From Octopus sinensis (lineage: Eukaryota), in assembly GCF_006345805.1 (NCBI RefSeq), contig NC_042997.1, positions 191,456,001 to 191,520,000 on the forward strand: a DNA stretch of 64,000 nt, in the 5' to 3' direction. Under the pieces are notes generated by a model. The model was given only the letters and a program-made list of their open reading frames with translations. It was not told the origin of the DNA and ran no database searches. The position numbers and the translations under genes were made by a program. Of the stretch, positions 51,725-64,000 are shown one piece after another. Position 1 is the stretch's first letter. Every line of letters starts with the position of its first letter.

Positions 51725-52180
51725 TTCCAGTCACTGGGCTGTGGCCACGCTGCAGCACAGCCCTGAAAGGTTTAACCAAGCAAAGAGACCCCAGTGGTAG
51801 TTCTTAGTCTATCAGTCTCTTTTGCTGAAATGCTAGGTTATGAAGGAAGTGAACAAACCAATACTGGTTGTCAGGGTGTGTGTGAGTATGTGGGGGTAAC
51901 AAATACACAGACATTCATTACTAGCAAAAGAAGCAGTATTGGTTCAGAATAGTATTCTGTATGTCTTACTTAAAGTGGATATACTGTTTTGAGATTTTCT
52001 ACCATAGATCCACATTTACATACATACACATATATATTTTTTTCAGGCTTCCACAGTTTGCTCATAAGGCATTGGTTGACTTGATGCTATAATAAAAGGC
52101 ATTTCCCCAAGGTGCCGTACAGTGGGATTGAACCTGAAATCATGTGGTTACAGACACACATACCCATGCCTGTACCTATA
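51725..52180 (-). mobile_element. SINE family B, old
   Basis: Diverged reverse-complement match. Confidence 0.65.
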
Positions 52181-53145
52181 TAGTTGAGGTTTATAGAAAC
52201 CCCACTTGGATAAAATCTCTTAGAAGGAAACTACAAAAGAATAATTGATGTTTAGGAATTTGGCAAAGTATTCGGGATCTGGAGGAACTTCTTGAAAGAA
52301 TCACTTTCCAAAGTGGTTTTTCAGTTATACTTTTCAAAGCAACTTGAAGCAGTGAATCAAGTTACAAGACTTTTGGATAATCTGACAGCTGCTTACTTTC
52401 GCAAAGAACAAGAGGCTGGATGTGATTCAGATTTTAAATTCATTAAATCAATAACCAGATGTTTTTGAGAGGAAGTCCTATTTTGCTTGCTAAGGTAAAT
52501 AGGTTAAGAGAGCACTAAGCATATTACAAAATAACCTAAGCAACAAAATTTTGTTGAATGAAAAGGTGGTGGTTAAAACCTTGTTGTATAAAGATTACAT
52601 TGGAACTGAGAGAAATTTCCTGACAATCATAAATGATGTTTGGCTTTATTTTCATTGGAAGGAATAATCTAAAGCCTAGCTCTATAGCTGTAAGGTAAAG
52701 TGGTAGATTTCTAACAACATTGTAAGAAGTTTAGATTTGCCTTTAGCCATCATGCATTGTGATTGACCCTAGTTTGATGACTAAATAAAATACTTTATGA
52801 TTGGGTGGTTAGTAGAAAGAAGGGGTTACAACTAAAAAATTAAAAAATAACAAAATTCCCAACCATGATAGCATGGGAAAATTGAATCTAAAATGTCAGG
52901 AAATTCATGATTTTGTTAAACTGAAGACCAGAAAGCTGGTATAAAGTACAAAAATATTTAGAGAACTACCCTCTATGGGTGTGTGTGTGTGTGTGTATCT
53001 AGTTGTAATAATGAAGTCAAATCAAATAATGATATTTTGAAATCACTTAATATGTTTCAGGTTTGCATAATATATAATAGGAAATGCATCCATTATGTAA
53101 ACCTTCATTTTTATATATTTATATTTTCATATATATATATATATT

Positions 53146-53420
53146 ACCGTGACCGACCAGGCTATCAGATGTTGCTACACATTGCTGGTCGCAATGTGCT
53201 TTGCATTGTTTTAGCCTTCAAATGACACAACCCCGCTGGCTAAGCGAGTAGGCCAACAGAAGAAAGAGTGAAAGAAAGTCGTGGCGAAAGAGTACACCCC
53301 CCCTGCCGGAGCCTTGTTGAGCTTTAGGTGTTTTCGCACAATAAACACTATCAACGCCCGGTCTGGGAATTGAAACCATGATCCTACGACTGCAAGTTCG
53401 CTGGGCCATTGCACCTCCAC
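53146..53420 (-). mobile_element. SINE family C (partial copy also at 57271-57385)
   Basis: Match to 12212-12517. Confidence 0.8.
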
Positions 53421-54768
53421 ATATATGTGTGTGTGTGTATAGCTTTGACCAATCAGATGATTGATTTGATTAGAAATCAAGTGGTTATCAGATGAACTGC
53501 CTACTGAATGCAACAAATTAATATGAAAATATGAGAAAACATGATGAACAAAGAAATGTTGCAAATTGCTAATGGAAGGGGGTCATGATGGAGCTAAATT
53601 AATGAAGATTGAAACAAACCCCCAAACAACCCTTAAAATGTTTAAGCCCCTTCAACACTTGCTTGCACACCTGCCAATAAACAAAAACATAATAAATAGC
53701 AGTATCATATCATCAGGTGATACAACATTTGTATCACTAGTTAATATATATATAACTAGGTTAATCCAGTTAAGATTTCCCTAAAAATACCTAGGAACTG
53801 ATGCTGTAAAAAAATAAAAAAGAAGAAAAATGTCAACACTTTCTCTATCAGAAGCTCATGAAACAAAAATTCTAGCCTGCCTACCAGAGACACAATTGAA
53901 ATTATCACACAAAAATTGACTGAACACAACGACTCTTCGTTACTTTAAAATTGGTTTCCTTGATTAATAACGAAGAAAAAGTAAATGCAATGCATTTATT
54001 AATCACCCTTATAGGAGTTTGGAATATTTACTAATGGACTTTTAAAACAGTAATGATTATTACAACATGGAAAAATCAAACAATGAATAAGAGATAATAA
54101 AAAAAGAAACATGCAGAATCAAATAAACTTTCAACATTGATGACATGTGCAAAAAATATTTAGAAATATAAAACAAAGAAATAACACTTACTTGTGAAGA
54201 GCACTTACTTTTCATTAGAGTGGGGGGGAGGTCTCTATGTGCATGTGTGCGTGCATGTGCATGTGTGTGGTGTATATATATATATATTTTTGCATGGTTT
54301 TGTGCAAATGTATGTGTACGTATGTATTTGTTTATATATCATGCATATAATTAAGCGAAACCAAAGTAGTATTTAGATTGCTTCCAGCTTTGGTAACCCC
54401 AATAATGGTATTCAAATTTGAAGATTTATTTATATTATTTATCCCGTCACATAATTCTACAAGGTCGAATGCATTTCTAAACTTTTCTGGTACAACATGT
54501 TTTTAATCAACGAATTAATTAAAAAATGTAAACGTAACATTACAAATAAAAAAAATATATATATATATATACTTTAAATTCTTTTTCTTTTCTTTTTTTT
54601 AATAAAATCAACAACAAAGGAAAGAAAATGAAATTAACAGAATAGTAATAAAACAATACAGTTAAATATTTGAATAAAATATTGAAAATAAATTCATAAC
54701 GATGTAAAAGATATAAGTAGCATAAAGAAGGGATAGGAGGGGAGATGTAATGGGTAAACACGCTCCAC

Positions 54769-54828
54769 TTATCCTCGCAAACCCAAATCTAAAGGTAAAT
54801 GTATCGGCAGGAAGTATAGTTTGGTCCA
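54769..54828 (-). CDS. Candidate terminal coding exon (WTKLYFLPIHLPLDLGLRG*)
   Basis: Acceptor ctctctctctgtgctAG; phase 0 compatible with both upstream donors; followed by U-rich UTR-like sequence. Confidence 0.4.
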   Translation of the reverse strand, partial: WTKLYFLPIHLPLDLGLRG

Positions 54829-55131
54829 CTAGCACAGAGAGAGAGAGTGTGTCGCTACTACGTTATAGTCCTGGGACACTAAGATGTTGACATCTCAACA
54901 GTTGGCCTCTATTATTATCATTATTATTATTATTATTATTAACATTATAAGAGTAATTATTATTACTCTTAACTGTAGTCTTCTTTTTGTATTTTTAATA
55001 CCAATTTACAAAATTTATATATTAATCACTAAAGTTTTGTGTTAGACATTAAAATCAACAGAAAATATTAAAGGAGTAAGAATTAGTCTTAGGGTTTCTG
55101 TGTAAACTATTACTATTACTATACAAGCAGG

Positions 55132-55186
<55 letters not shown>

Positions 55187-56039
55187 TTTTTAATATATTT
55201 TTTTAAAACTTTTCTCACAGTTTTCCAGCAAGGCATAGCCATACTTACTGATTGTAAGTTATTGAGACATTTCAGAATAGAATTCTAATGTAATCAAAAT
55301 GACAGAGATAACGGTGGTATTCTATTAAAAGCATAAATGACACAAAGAAAATGGCTTTGAGTAACAAGCGTAATGATAATGTGGTGTATCTCTGGAGGAA
55401 GGATCCTGATAGATACTAAAAGGAAAGAACTCTGCAGCTAAATGAGAACCACATGAGAAGAATGGTTTAAAGAAAAACAAATATTAAAAGAAAACTGTGG
55501 CAAGTGTATGTTAAGTCTTGCGGGTGGGTGGCAGCATGGTTAGTAGAGAGAAGCGAAATACCAAGTGGAGGAAAGGAAAGATTAGGTGTAAGGGTGTCAA
55601 AAAAAAAAGTAAAAAGGTGGAAGTTTCATTAGTGAAGAAAGAAAAAATAGTGAATGTGTAACTGAGTAGACAGCCATACTGTCAAAGGACAAGAAGGAAA
55701 ACAACATGACAATGTTTAATGAATAACCGTATGATGATGAATGACAAAATGAAAAGCTTGTTTTAAGCAGACTGATCTCAGAGGAAAGAAAGAAGTAGAG
55801 AAAGTCAGAAAAGACGAGGAGTATTTTACTATTGTATATGGAAATTAACATTTCGGAAGGAGCAAAAATCAAGTTAAGCAAACTGGACCGTATCTTCTTG
55901 ATGTAGATGGTAGTGATGTTGCCAAATGTGATGGAAGGATGGCAAGTGGGGGGTCAGGATGGAGAAGAACTTGAGGGAGCAAAATGTAAAGGAAAACTGC
56001 AATGGAACCACTGACAGTTTCATTTTGTATGAAGGCCCA

Positions 56040-56875
56040 TAGTGACCGAGACATTTGGAGATATGCTGTGCAATATGCTGTGCTTGTGAAGACCTGTCGG
56101 ACCAAGTGAAATTGTGGATAATGCTAGTGCCATCTGACTGGTACATAAAAAGCACTGTTTGAGCATTGAGCCTCAAGGAGGCAGTGAAAAGTGACCAAGA
56201 CCTTTGGCGATATACCATGCTTGTGTAAACCTGTCAAGCCAAGTGAGATCATAGTCATGGCTGATGCCGGTGTCAGGTGAATGATACCTGCGTTGGTGAG
56301 ACGTAAAAAACGCTCACTACACTTTCGGAGTAGTTGGCATTAGAAATGGCATCCAGCTATAGAAGCCTTGCCAAATCAGACCAGAACCCCCCCCCCCCAG
56401 TTTTCAGTCAAACCCCACAACCCATGCCATTAAATGACGATCATAATAATGACAAATTCCAGAAAACTGCTTGGTAAAGAGCAAGTGCTAATTATCTAAC
56501 CTGAAATTGATAAATCTGTTAAGAAATGTGTGTACTGACCAAATAAAGGTAGTGAAATTTCAGGATCAACACCATTTACAGTGAAGTTGTATTAGTCTCT
56601 TTTTATTCTTAAAGCAAGATAATTTTAATAATTTCTTAGTATATGTTCATCATCATCATCATCATCATTGTTTAACGTCCGTTCTCTATGCTAGCATGGG
56701 TTGGACGGTTCGACCGGGGATCTGGGAAGCCAGAAGGCTGCCCCAGGCTCCAGTCTAGAAACATTGCCAGATAAGACCGGAGCATGGTGCAGCCTTCTGG
56801 CTTCCCAGATCCCCAGTCGAACCGTCCAACCCATGCTAGCATGGAGAACGGATGATGATAATGATGATGATGATG
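56040..56875. mobile_element. RTE-like 3' end joined to family D sequence, plus head-to-head family D pair (56648-56875)
   Basis: gaccgagacatttggagatatgctgtg (DRDIWRYAV, RTE C-terminus-like) upstream of family D core; (CAT)n...(GAT)n palindrome. Confidence 0.6.
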
Positions 56876-57379
56876 TTGTTAACTAGAAGTTTGCAGTATT
56901 TTGACCACTCAGAACTTAATAGAAATAGCTGAAATATAGCTACTTGGCGGAAATGTCATTTAATAGCAAACAAAACTATTAAATACACTTTAAATTTCAT
57001 TTTATGAGGAGTTAAGATTTCTGTTACACAACTATAACCTAGTCACCGACACTGCAATTTTGATACCTTGTGAAAAACTTAAAATTTCACAGCTGTGTGT
57101 AATATTAATTAGCTCTTCTACCATGTAGTAACTTTAGTTTCAACTTGGTCTCAGATCAAATCATGTGCTAAACAAGTACAACTCCTTTAGCTATAAAATT
57201 ACACATTACAGAGCATTTACAAAGATGGAAATAATTATACAAACAACACACATACAGATATATATATATATCACCGTGACCGATCAGGCTATCAGATGTT
57301 GCTACACATCGCTGGTCACAATGCGCTTCGCATTATTTTAGCCTTCAAATGACGCCACCCCGCTGGCTAGGCGAGCAGG

Positions 57380-57440
<61 letters not shown>

Positions 57441-57442
<2 letters not shown>

Positions 57443-57937
57443 GTAAAATATGAAAAATCAACGAAAATGCATATTGCAAATAGAAAAAGGCTATTTATGA
57501 TTGGTAACGACAAATATATACATTTAGATTGACTGAGGTAGTAATACGAGTCGTAAAAGTCATTATTATGAGACGATTATAAGATGATAATAAAGTAAGA
57601 GAACAAAACGGACCAATGGTTTACGCAAAGCTATTCATCATTTGAACAACACTGGTTAATACACCTTTTGTATTAACCAGTGTTGTTCAAACGATGAATA
57701 GCTTTGCATAAACCATTGGTTCGTTTTGTTCTCTTACTTTATTATCATCTTATAATCATCTCATAATAATGACTTTTACGACTCGTATTACTACCTCAGT
57801 CAATCTAAATGTATATATTTGTCGTTACCTGTCATAAATAGCCTTTTTCTATTTGCAATATGCATTTTCGTTGATTTTTCATATTTTACCCTTACATTTC
57901 CACGTGTATTTTATATTTTCTTTTCGTAACATATTTC

Positions 57938-57941
<4 letters not shown>
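57441..57941. mobile_element. Asymmetric fold-back element in long (TA)n
   Basis: 223-bp arms 57441-57663 / 57669-57891, 5-nt loop, 50-bp extension. Confidence 0.9.
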
Positions 57942-58010
<69 letters not shown>

Positions 58011-58119
58011 AATAAAATTTCAGAGCTATACTTGTCTAGCAAGTAAGTTGATCTGATAATGTTGAAACTAATGCTATTATAGCATGAAAGGCATCATCCA
58101 TTGAAAGAGACACCAAAAC

Positions 58120-58246
58120 TTAACTTCACTAAAACATTCATTATTTGGTGTCAAAAAACTGAAATTAGTGGAACTGTGTCAGTGACCAGGTTGCAGTGGG
58201 TGCAACAAACACGTTGACACCAAATAAATCTTTTAAGTGAAGTTAA
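58120..58246. repeat. Imperfect inverted repeat (MITE-like)
   Basis: TTAACTTCACT..TTATTTGGTGTCAA / TTGACACCAAATAA..AGTGAAGTTAA. Confidence 0.55.
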
Positions 58247-59599
58247 CAGTCTTTGTGTGTTTCTGAATGGCTATATATACATAATTGTTTTGTATGAAAA
58301 GCTAAATTCAAGAGTAAGATAGAAGAGTGTTTAATTTGTTTCAAGTACTGAAGAACATATAAAAACAAATGTTAGAAGGCTCTGGTAAATGCAGTTGGGA
58401 GACTGAAAAATTTCTCTTTACCTTTCACCTATGGAAGCAACCTAAGACACTCGCAACAACACTGTGAACAAACGTGAAGGTCAAGACATTGGACCAGCCA
58501 TGTTCCCTCAATAGTCTAACATGACACTTTGGTTAGATACGATACTAAAGAGGTCAAGATCTTTGAGTTTAGCAGCCCAGCTTCACCAAGCTTTTCAAAT
58601 ACCATGGGTCAAAATCTGTAAGTTACCTTGTATTTGGCAATGCTTATACAACTTTGTTCAACCATGGATGCAATGGTCTGTATTTATACTGCAACATTTA
58701 GAATATATGAAGGAGTTAAAGAATCATTTACAGTAGTATCCCATGTAAGGTGTTTTTGTCTAGAGACAAAGGGATTGAGCCATCAGGCCTGTTCCTATCA
58801 TCCCTAGACATTCCCCACAGGGGCTCCAAAACTGAAGAGATATTTTTGTTAAGGCCCTCTTTAAAATTACATTTCTTTCTGCATCAAATGAAGCAGGCAA
58901 TATTTAGTCGACATGATGGTCCATGAGGTCTGCCAGATCAAATTATTCAATACAGAAGACAAAATGAAAATAACTCAATGTATAATCAGTACATATAAGA
59001 TAACAAAACATGAGGTGTGGAAATAGAAATATGGGCTATAGTCATGGGATTGATGGAAAGATATAGAATATTTAAGAGATTATGTCAATAATACAGGAAC
59101 CTGTTTTTGGCATACCGTCCCAAGTTTTGTAATAGCAGAATAAAAATTCCAGCTTAAAAAAATTTGAAACTTTTTCCAAAAAATAGCTTCTAATTCTGAT
59201 GGAGAGAATAGTACTGCGATATGACAAGTGCATGATTTAAGACGAAGAAATACAGCAATTAAGCAACATGATAGTGGAAAACGGATTTAGAGAGTGGGGA
59301 GGTTATTTATGATGGAAATAGTGACAATAGTTAAAAATTTGGTATAAAATGTCCGAAAGAAGATTAGTTAGGGCCATAATTAATGAAAGTTGATAGATCC
59401 AACCATGAAAAATTGTTTATTAAATTAAGTGATAAGTTACAGAATTTCAGAATTAATTAATTAATTATGCATTATTTACTCTGGAATTTCAGATTTCAAT
59501 GCGTTACATTTTGCAATTAGTTACACATAATGTCATAATTTAATGAAAGGAATAACACATTTTTCATTAGTTTCCCTTAACAATAATAAAAAAAAAATA

Positions 59600-59812
59600 A
59601 TCCTTTCTACTATAGGCACAGGGCCTGACATTTTTGTGGAGGGAGCTAATCAATTACATCAACCCTAGTACACAACTGGTATTTTATTGAACCTTAAAGG
59701 ATGAAAGGCAAAGTCAACCTCTGTGGCATCTGAACTCAGAGCGTAAAGACGGACAAAGTGCTGCCAAGCATCCGGTACAGTGTGTGTTAACAATTCTGCC
59801 AGCTTGCCACCT
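59600..59812 (-). mobile_element. SINE family A
   Basis: Reverse-complement match. Confidence 0.75.
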
Positions 59813-61476
59813 TAATAATAATAATAACACAGTGGTTTGAGATCAAAACAATTCATTCAAGATTTTCCATATCTCAAACAAATCATAGATTTTATTTAAG
59901 ACAATTTTTGTACTGGAGCTTTGGCAGGTTTCGCAAGTAAAAAAAAAATATTATTTTGGAAGCATAAAATTAAGAGAACGCGTGGGAAAACAACAATAAT
60001 AATAGACTAACAAAGCTCAAAGCTGTCTATTCAAAATGTGCTATTATGATATTCCAAGAGACCTACATACTGGACAGAAGCATTTTTATAACGGATGGAC
60101 AAAATGGCCATCAGACAAGTGTAGTGTTTATGATAGTATAAACAAAAGCAATGTTTACAGGTTTTAATTTATACATATACAGACATTAATATGCCCACAC
60201 ACACACATGCATACATGAAGTGTATGTCATTTCTGAGAGTGCAATTAAGTAAGTAAACATGCTCACCTAGCTATTCCAGATAAAGGGAGAAGGAAGATTT
60301 ATACATGGAATCTAAACCTATCAGTGCTTAATGCTTTGAAATAGAGAGAAAGTAAGACAAGCAAATGTTGGGGAAAAAAAAAATAACAAACAATCATGAT
60401 AAATTAGAACAGTTGTATTGATTGTCATGACAACTTCACTAAATCAACACTATATCATACCATGATCTCTATAGAACATACCACATTGCATAGAGAGTTG
60501 AATAGGTGGGTGGGTGAGTGAGTGAGTGAGTGGCTATACAAAACTTGCAGGCAATCTAGATAACATGACAATAGCTAACATTAACATTTACTATCAGGAA
60601 TTCGCTTTTGTTGATTTTTCATGATAAAAACTAAGACAAGGCTTGCGTTCAATACTGGCTGGAAACTCATTGAGTTAGGATGCAATTAAATATATTCTTC
60701 TGTTGATAAACGACTAGAGAATTTAAAGAGAATTAAGCCAACTGAGGGAAATAGATACAGAAATGATAATGAACTGCAATTTTAATAATAATGATGGCAT
60801 TTGAGATAAAGCATTGTTATTTTTTACTTGATGAACTTTAACAAATCTCACTTGGTATTAGAATGTGTTAGTTCATGTCCCTAAAAAGGAAGAAAAAACA
60901 TTTAAGTTTCTTCTTTCGATATTTTAGAAAATGGTTTTGTAAGAATTAATTAGTTGTACTTTTTAAATTAGAAATTCAAATCTCTGTAGATAATTCAGAG
61001 AGAACTTATTGAGAATGAGTTAGTGGCTACATAGCTGTGAGTAGATGCAACTTGACAAAGGTTTTTCAGAAAGTTTAAACTTTTAACACATTTCAAACGG
61101 CGTGGAGACGAGAAAAATTAGTGGAAACTATTTACCCCAAGTTGATATTTAAATGTATAAATATATATTCTTTGTTCTTCAAATTATTAAGAAGTAAACA
61201 TCTAAAAGGGGTTCAGAAAACAAAAGATTTCCTGAAAATGAAGAATAAATGAGTGAAAATATTCAGTTGACTTCTCCTTCAGCTGTCAATGAAGATGTTC
61301 TACTGTTAGCAGTAGATCTAGACAAAGTCACCCTAATGATGTAAGGAGGAGGTGTGTTACAACTTAGGGAAGCCAAGGCTGTATTGATTGTGTATTGAAC
61401 GCCAACCGTGTTATATCCTAAAATCTACTACAAACAGTAGCGACACTTCCCTGAGCTCCTCCAACCGGTAACTTAC

Positions 61477-61685
61477 CGTAAGATCTGAGGCGAAGACAGG
61501 GGGAGAGCTTCCCAGAAGAAAGGTAGGTGGGTAGAAAGACGACTGGTCCTCAGGAGAGTTACTTACTGTAACGTTTGGACTGTGTGTGAAAACTGGGGGA
61601 GAGGTCCCAGGAAGAAATGTGGGTGTGTAGAATGATGGCTGGCTCCCTGGCGTATTCCGCCGCATTGGACTTGGTGGACTGAAAG
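61477..61685 (-). CDS. Internal Ser/Pro-rich exon of unidentified minus-strand gene, with two in-frame 5' splice sites (exon ends 61567 or 61477)
   Basis: Long polypyrimidine tract + AG (61686-61687); FSPPSPMRRNTPGSQPSFYTPTFLPGTSPPVFTHSPNVT; two GTAAGT donors 90 nt apart; GC-richer than flanks. Confidence 0.65.
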
Positions 61686-61967
61686 CTAAAAAGGAAGAGG
61701 AGAAGGAAAAAAAAGGAAAAGAAAAAAGGGGGAAGTGCAAATATAATTAATTCAACAAATTTGCAAATCACATGGTTTTGAGGGAGTCTAAATATTCCAG
61801 GACTCATAACTTTGCAAAAATTACAAGTGAAAATTAGAAAAGAAATTATGTAGAATATAGTAAATATGGTTGTTACTTCTGTGGATGCCAAGATGAAAAT
61901 TAAAACAAAGAGAAAATTAATATTTCATATTTTTGTGTTTTAAATACAAAACCTGTGAAAAGATTTA

Positions 61968-62180
61968 CCCTTATAGCCAGCCCTATCTGGCCCATATATT
62001 CTACCTCCTTTTTGTACAAACTGGCTAGATCTAGCCTTTCACACCTATCCTACAATGTCATTCTAAAAATAAACAATCATGTCACTGAAATCTTGAAGCT
62101 ATGAGATAATGCACGATTAATTCAAAACAATGTGAATCAAAAAGCATTACATTTGAATAAACAATCTGAATGTTAAAGGG
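61968..62180. mobile_element. piggyBac-type MITE
   Basis: TTTA|CCCTT ... AAGGG|TTAA ends. Confidence 0.55.
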
Positions 62181-62214
62181 TTAAAACCTAATTCCAATAC
62201 TTTATTTGGATCCT

Positions 62215-62450
62215 GTGGAGGCACATGGCTTAATGGTTAGGATGTTAGACTCATGATTGTAAGATTGTGATTTCAACTCCTGGACCAGGCAGTGCATTGT
62301 GTTCTTGAGCAAAACACTTCATTTTCACGTTGTTCCAGTCCATTCACAGCTGGCAAAAATGAGTAATCTTGCAACAGACCAATGTCCTGTCTGGGAGGGT
62401 ATATATGTGCCACAGAAACTGGCCCTACCAGTCAATATGACTCAAGAAGG
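62215..62450 (+). mobile_element. SINE family C-related, old
   Basis: GTGGAGGCACATGGCTTAATGGTTAGG head. Confidence 0.7.
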
Positions 62451-64000
62451 ATCTTCATCCTTTATCTTTTTTATTTGTATTTTAACTGTAAGGTTACTGA
62501 TCCTAACTTTCAGCTGGGTAAGATGAAAACCAAAATTAATCCGGGTAGAATTTTGAGTTTGAAACTTGCAAAATTTAACAAGCCCATTTATCTTCAGTGA
62601 ATGCTTCACTCTGTTCCATTCAGCTGACAAGCTGAGTAGTTAAGCCAAGCTTATTTTTCTTGAGTCATTTTACTAAATGGACCTTTTTCACTTTTTTTTT
62701 TTTTTTGGAAGTCAGATGAGAAATGTTTAGGCAGTAACTACTATCCAGTTTATTTCACCACCATGTAACATCTAAAATTGTTTGGTAAAAAAAATATTCT
62801 TAAGACTAAAGCATTATAGTTCTTGTATACATTTGTAATGGCACTGTGCAATAATGCAGCAAATAGTGGTAGTCCAATGTACTAATATCCCTAGCTGTAA
62901 CCAATTATCCCTACGCTATCAATCAACACTATTACAAAACTACCAGTAAGGGCTGTTGACTAAAAAGCCATCCTTAACATATACCTAGCTACATTTGGTA
63001 GAAACCACTTCTAATTTTGCATGGACTTACGAAAACTAATTTGCTTATTCAGTTAATGATTAGCAGAAATCATTAACAAACTATTAGTTTTTAAAGAGTG
63101 TGTGTGTGTGTGTGTGTGGGTGGGTGCAAAAGTGATCAAACAATTTGTGGGATAACAGTCTGTGTAACAGCAATAATAAAAGTTGTGTTAAAAATAATTA
63201 AGATAAAATAATGTTGTTGTTGCATTTTCTCTTTCCTTCAAGACGCAAAGTATTCCGCAGAAGAAACCAACAAAACAGTCAACACTTCAATTTGACAGTC
63301 TATGTTTTTTTTCTTTTCTTTTTTTAAGAGATCTATTTTGCAAAAACTTATAAATAATATTAGCGCTCAAATAAGTATGTACAGTTTGGCAACTGAAAAT
63401 TGAATCTCTAATAGAAGGAAAAAAACCAAAAAAACGAAGGCAATGTAGCAATTATCACAATAATTATAGAATGACATGTGATAACTTTTCGTCCATAAAA
63501 TAATATTATGCAATGAACTGAACTGGATAGTTTCTAGCAATTAAAGGGTCAGTGAGATAAAACTGCTATCAGAGTTTCAACTAGGTAGGATTAAGTTTCA
63601 TTAATCAATCAATTAAAAAACAGAAGAAACATCAATGACACACCATAAATCAATCAATTTATTAGGTTTAGTCATTTTAGAATATAACAACCTAATGATT
63701 TAGGTCTTATGGACCTAATAATTTAGGTCTTAAATTTTGATGAGCTAAATGCCTAATTACTGCAGTTGACAAATTAATCCACTGAATTGAAGATGAAACC
63801 AGTTCAAGGTTCTAATTATGCTTGAACTGAGACCTTTTTTTCTTTTTCTTTCATAAAACATATTTATAGCAAAAATTACTTCATGTTGTATTTCAGAGAA
63901 GCTCTTTAAATTATCAACATCATTATAAAAAATATTTTTTTAAATTTAAAGAAAAAATGATTGCCTACAACTCTAGATACCAAGTTACCTGAACTCTTCC

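Noticed and set aside
52190-52800. Possible very old LINE remnants (also ~55300-55890, 23030-23270, 51300-51500)
   Set aside because: Only faint motif hints; cannot be classified without a profile search
63688-63732. Doubled palindrome ACCTAAT.ATTTAGGT
   Set aside because: Two-copy short duplication in AT-rich DNA with no supporting context

Overview
AT-rich, microsatellite- and transposon-dense eukaryotic DNA. The repeat repertoire suggests an octopus (coleoid cephalopod) genome, which is an inference. There is one 100-N gap, and almost all track ORFs are spurious or transposon debris. Host genes found by reading splice signals: (1) a three-coding-exon plus-strand gene (22500-22584, 27316-27400, 30378-30693; 161 aa) missed by the ORF track. 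It encodes a signal-peptide-less single-pass membrane protein with a tail of SH2-type tyrosine motifs (YDDF, YETP, YGNT, YMNM), i.e. a LAT/TRIM/SIT-like adaptor architecture. (2) the 3' part of an unidentified minus-strand gene with an internally duplicated exon carrying twin in-frame donors. (3) a decayed NUSAP1-like copy. Mobile DNA includes CR1-like, RTE and R4/Dong-like LINE pieces, several Penelope-like element (PLE) lineages, maT/mariner, hAT, piggyBac-type MITE, Helitron/HINE, three tRNA-SINE families and an RTE-3'-like repeat with 62-66 bp tandem units. The most striking non-coding pattern is a set of unrelated short asymmetric fold-back elements in (TA)n tracts, several carrying type I hammerhead ribozyme cores. 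Most repeat boundaries are approximate (read by eye).
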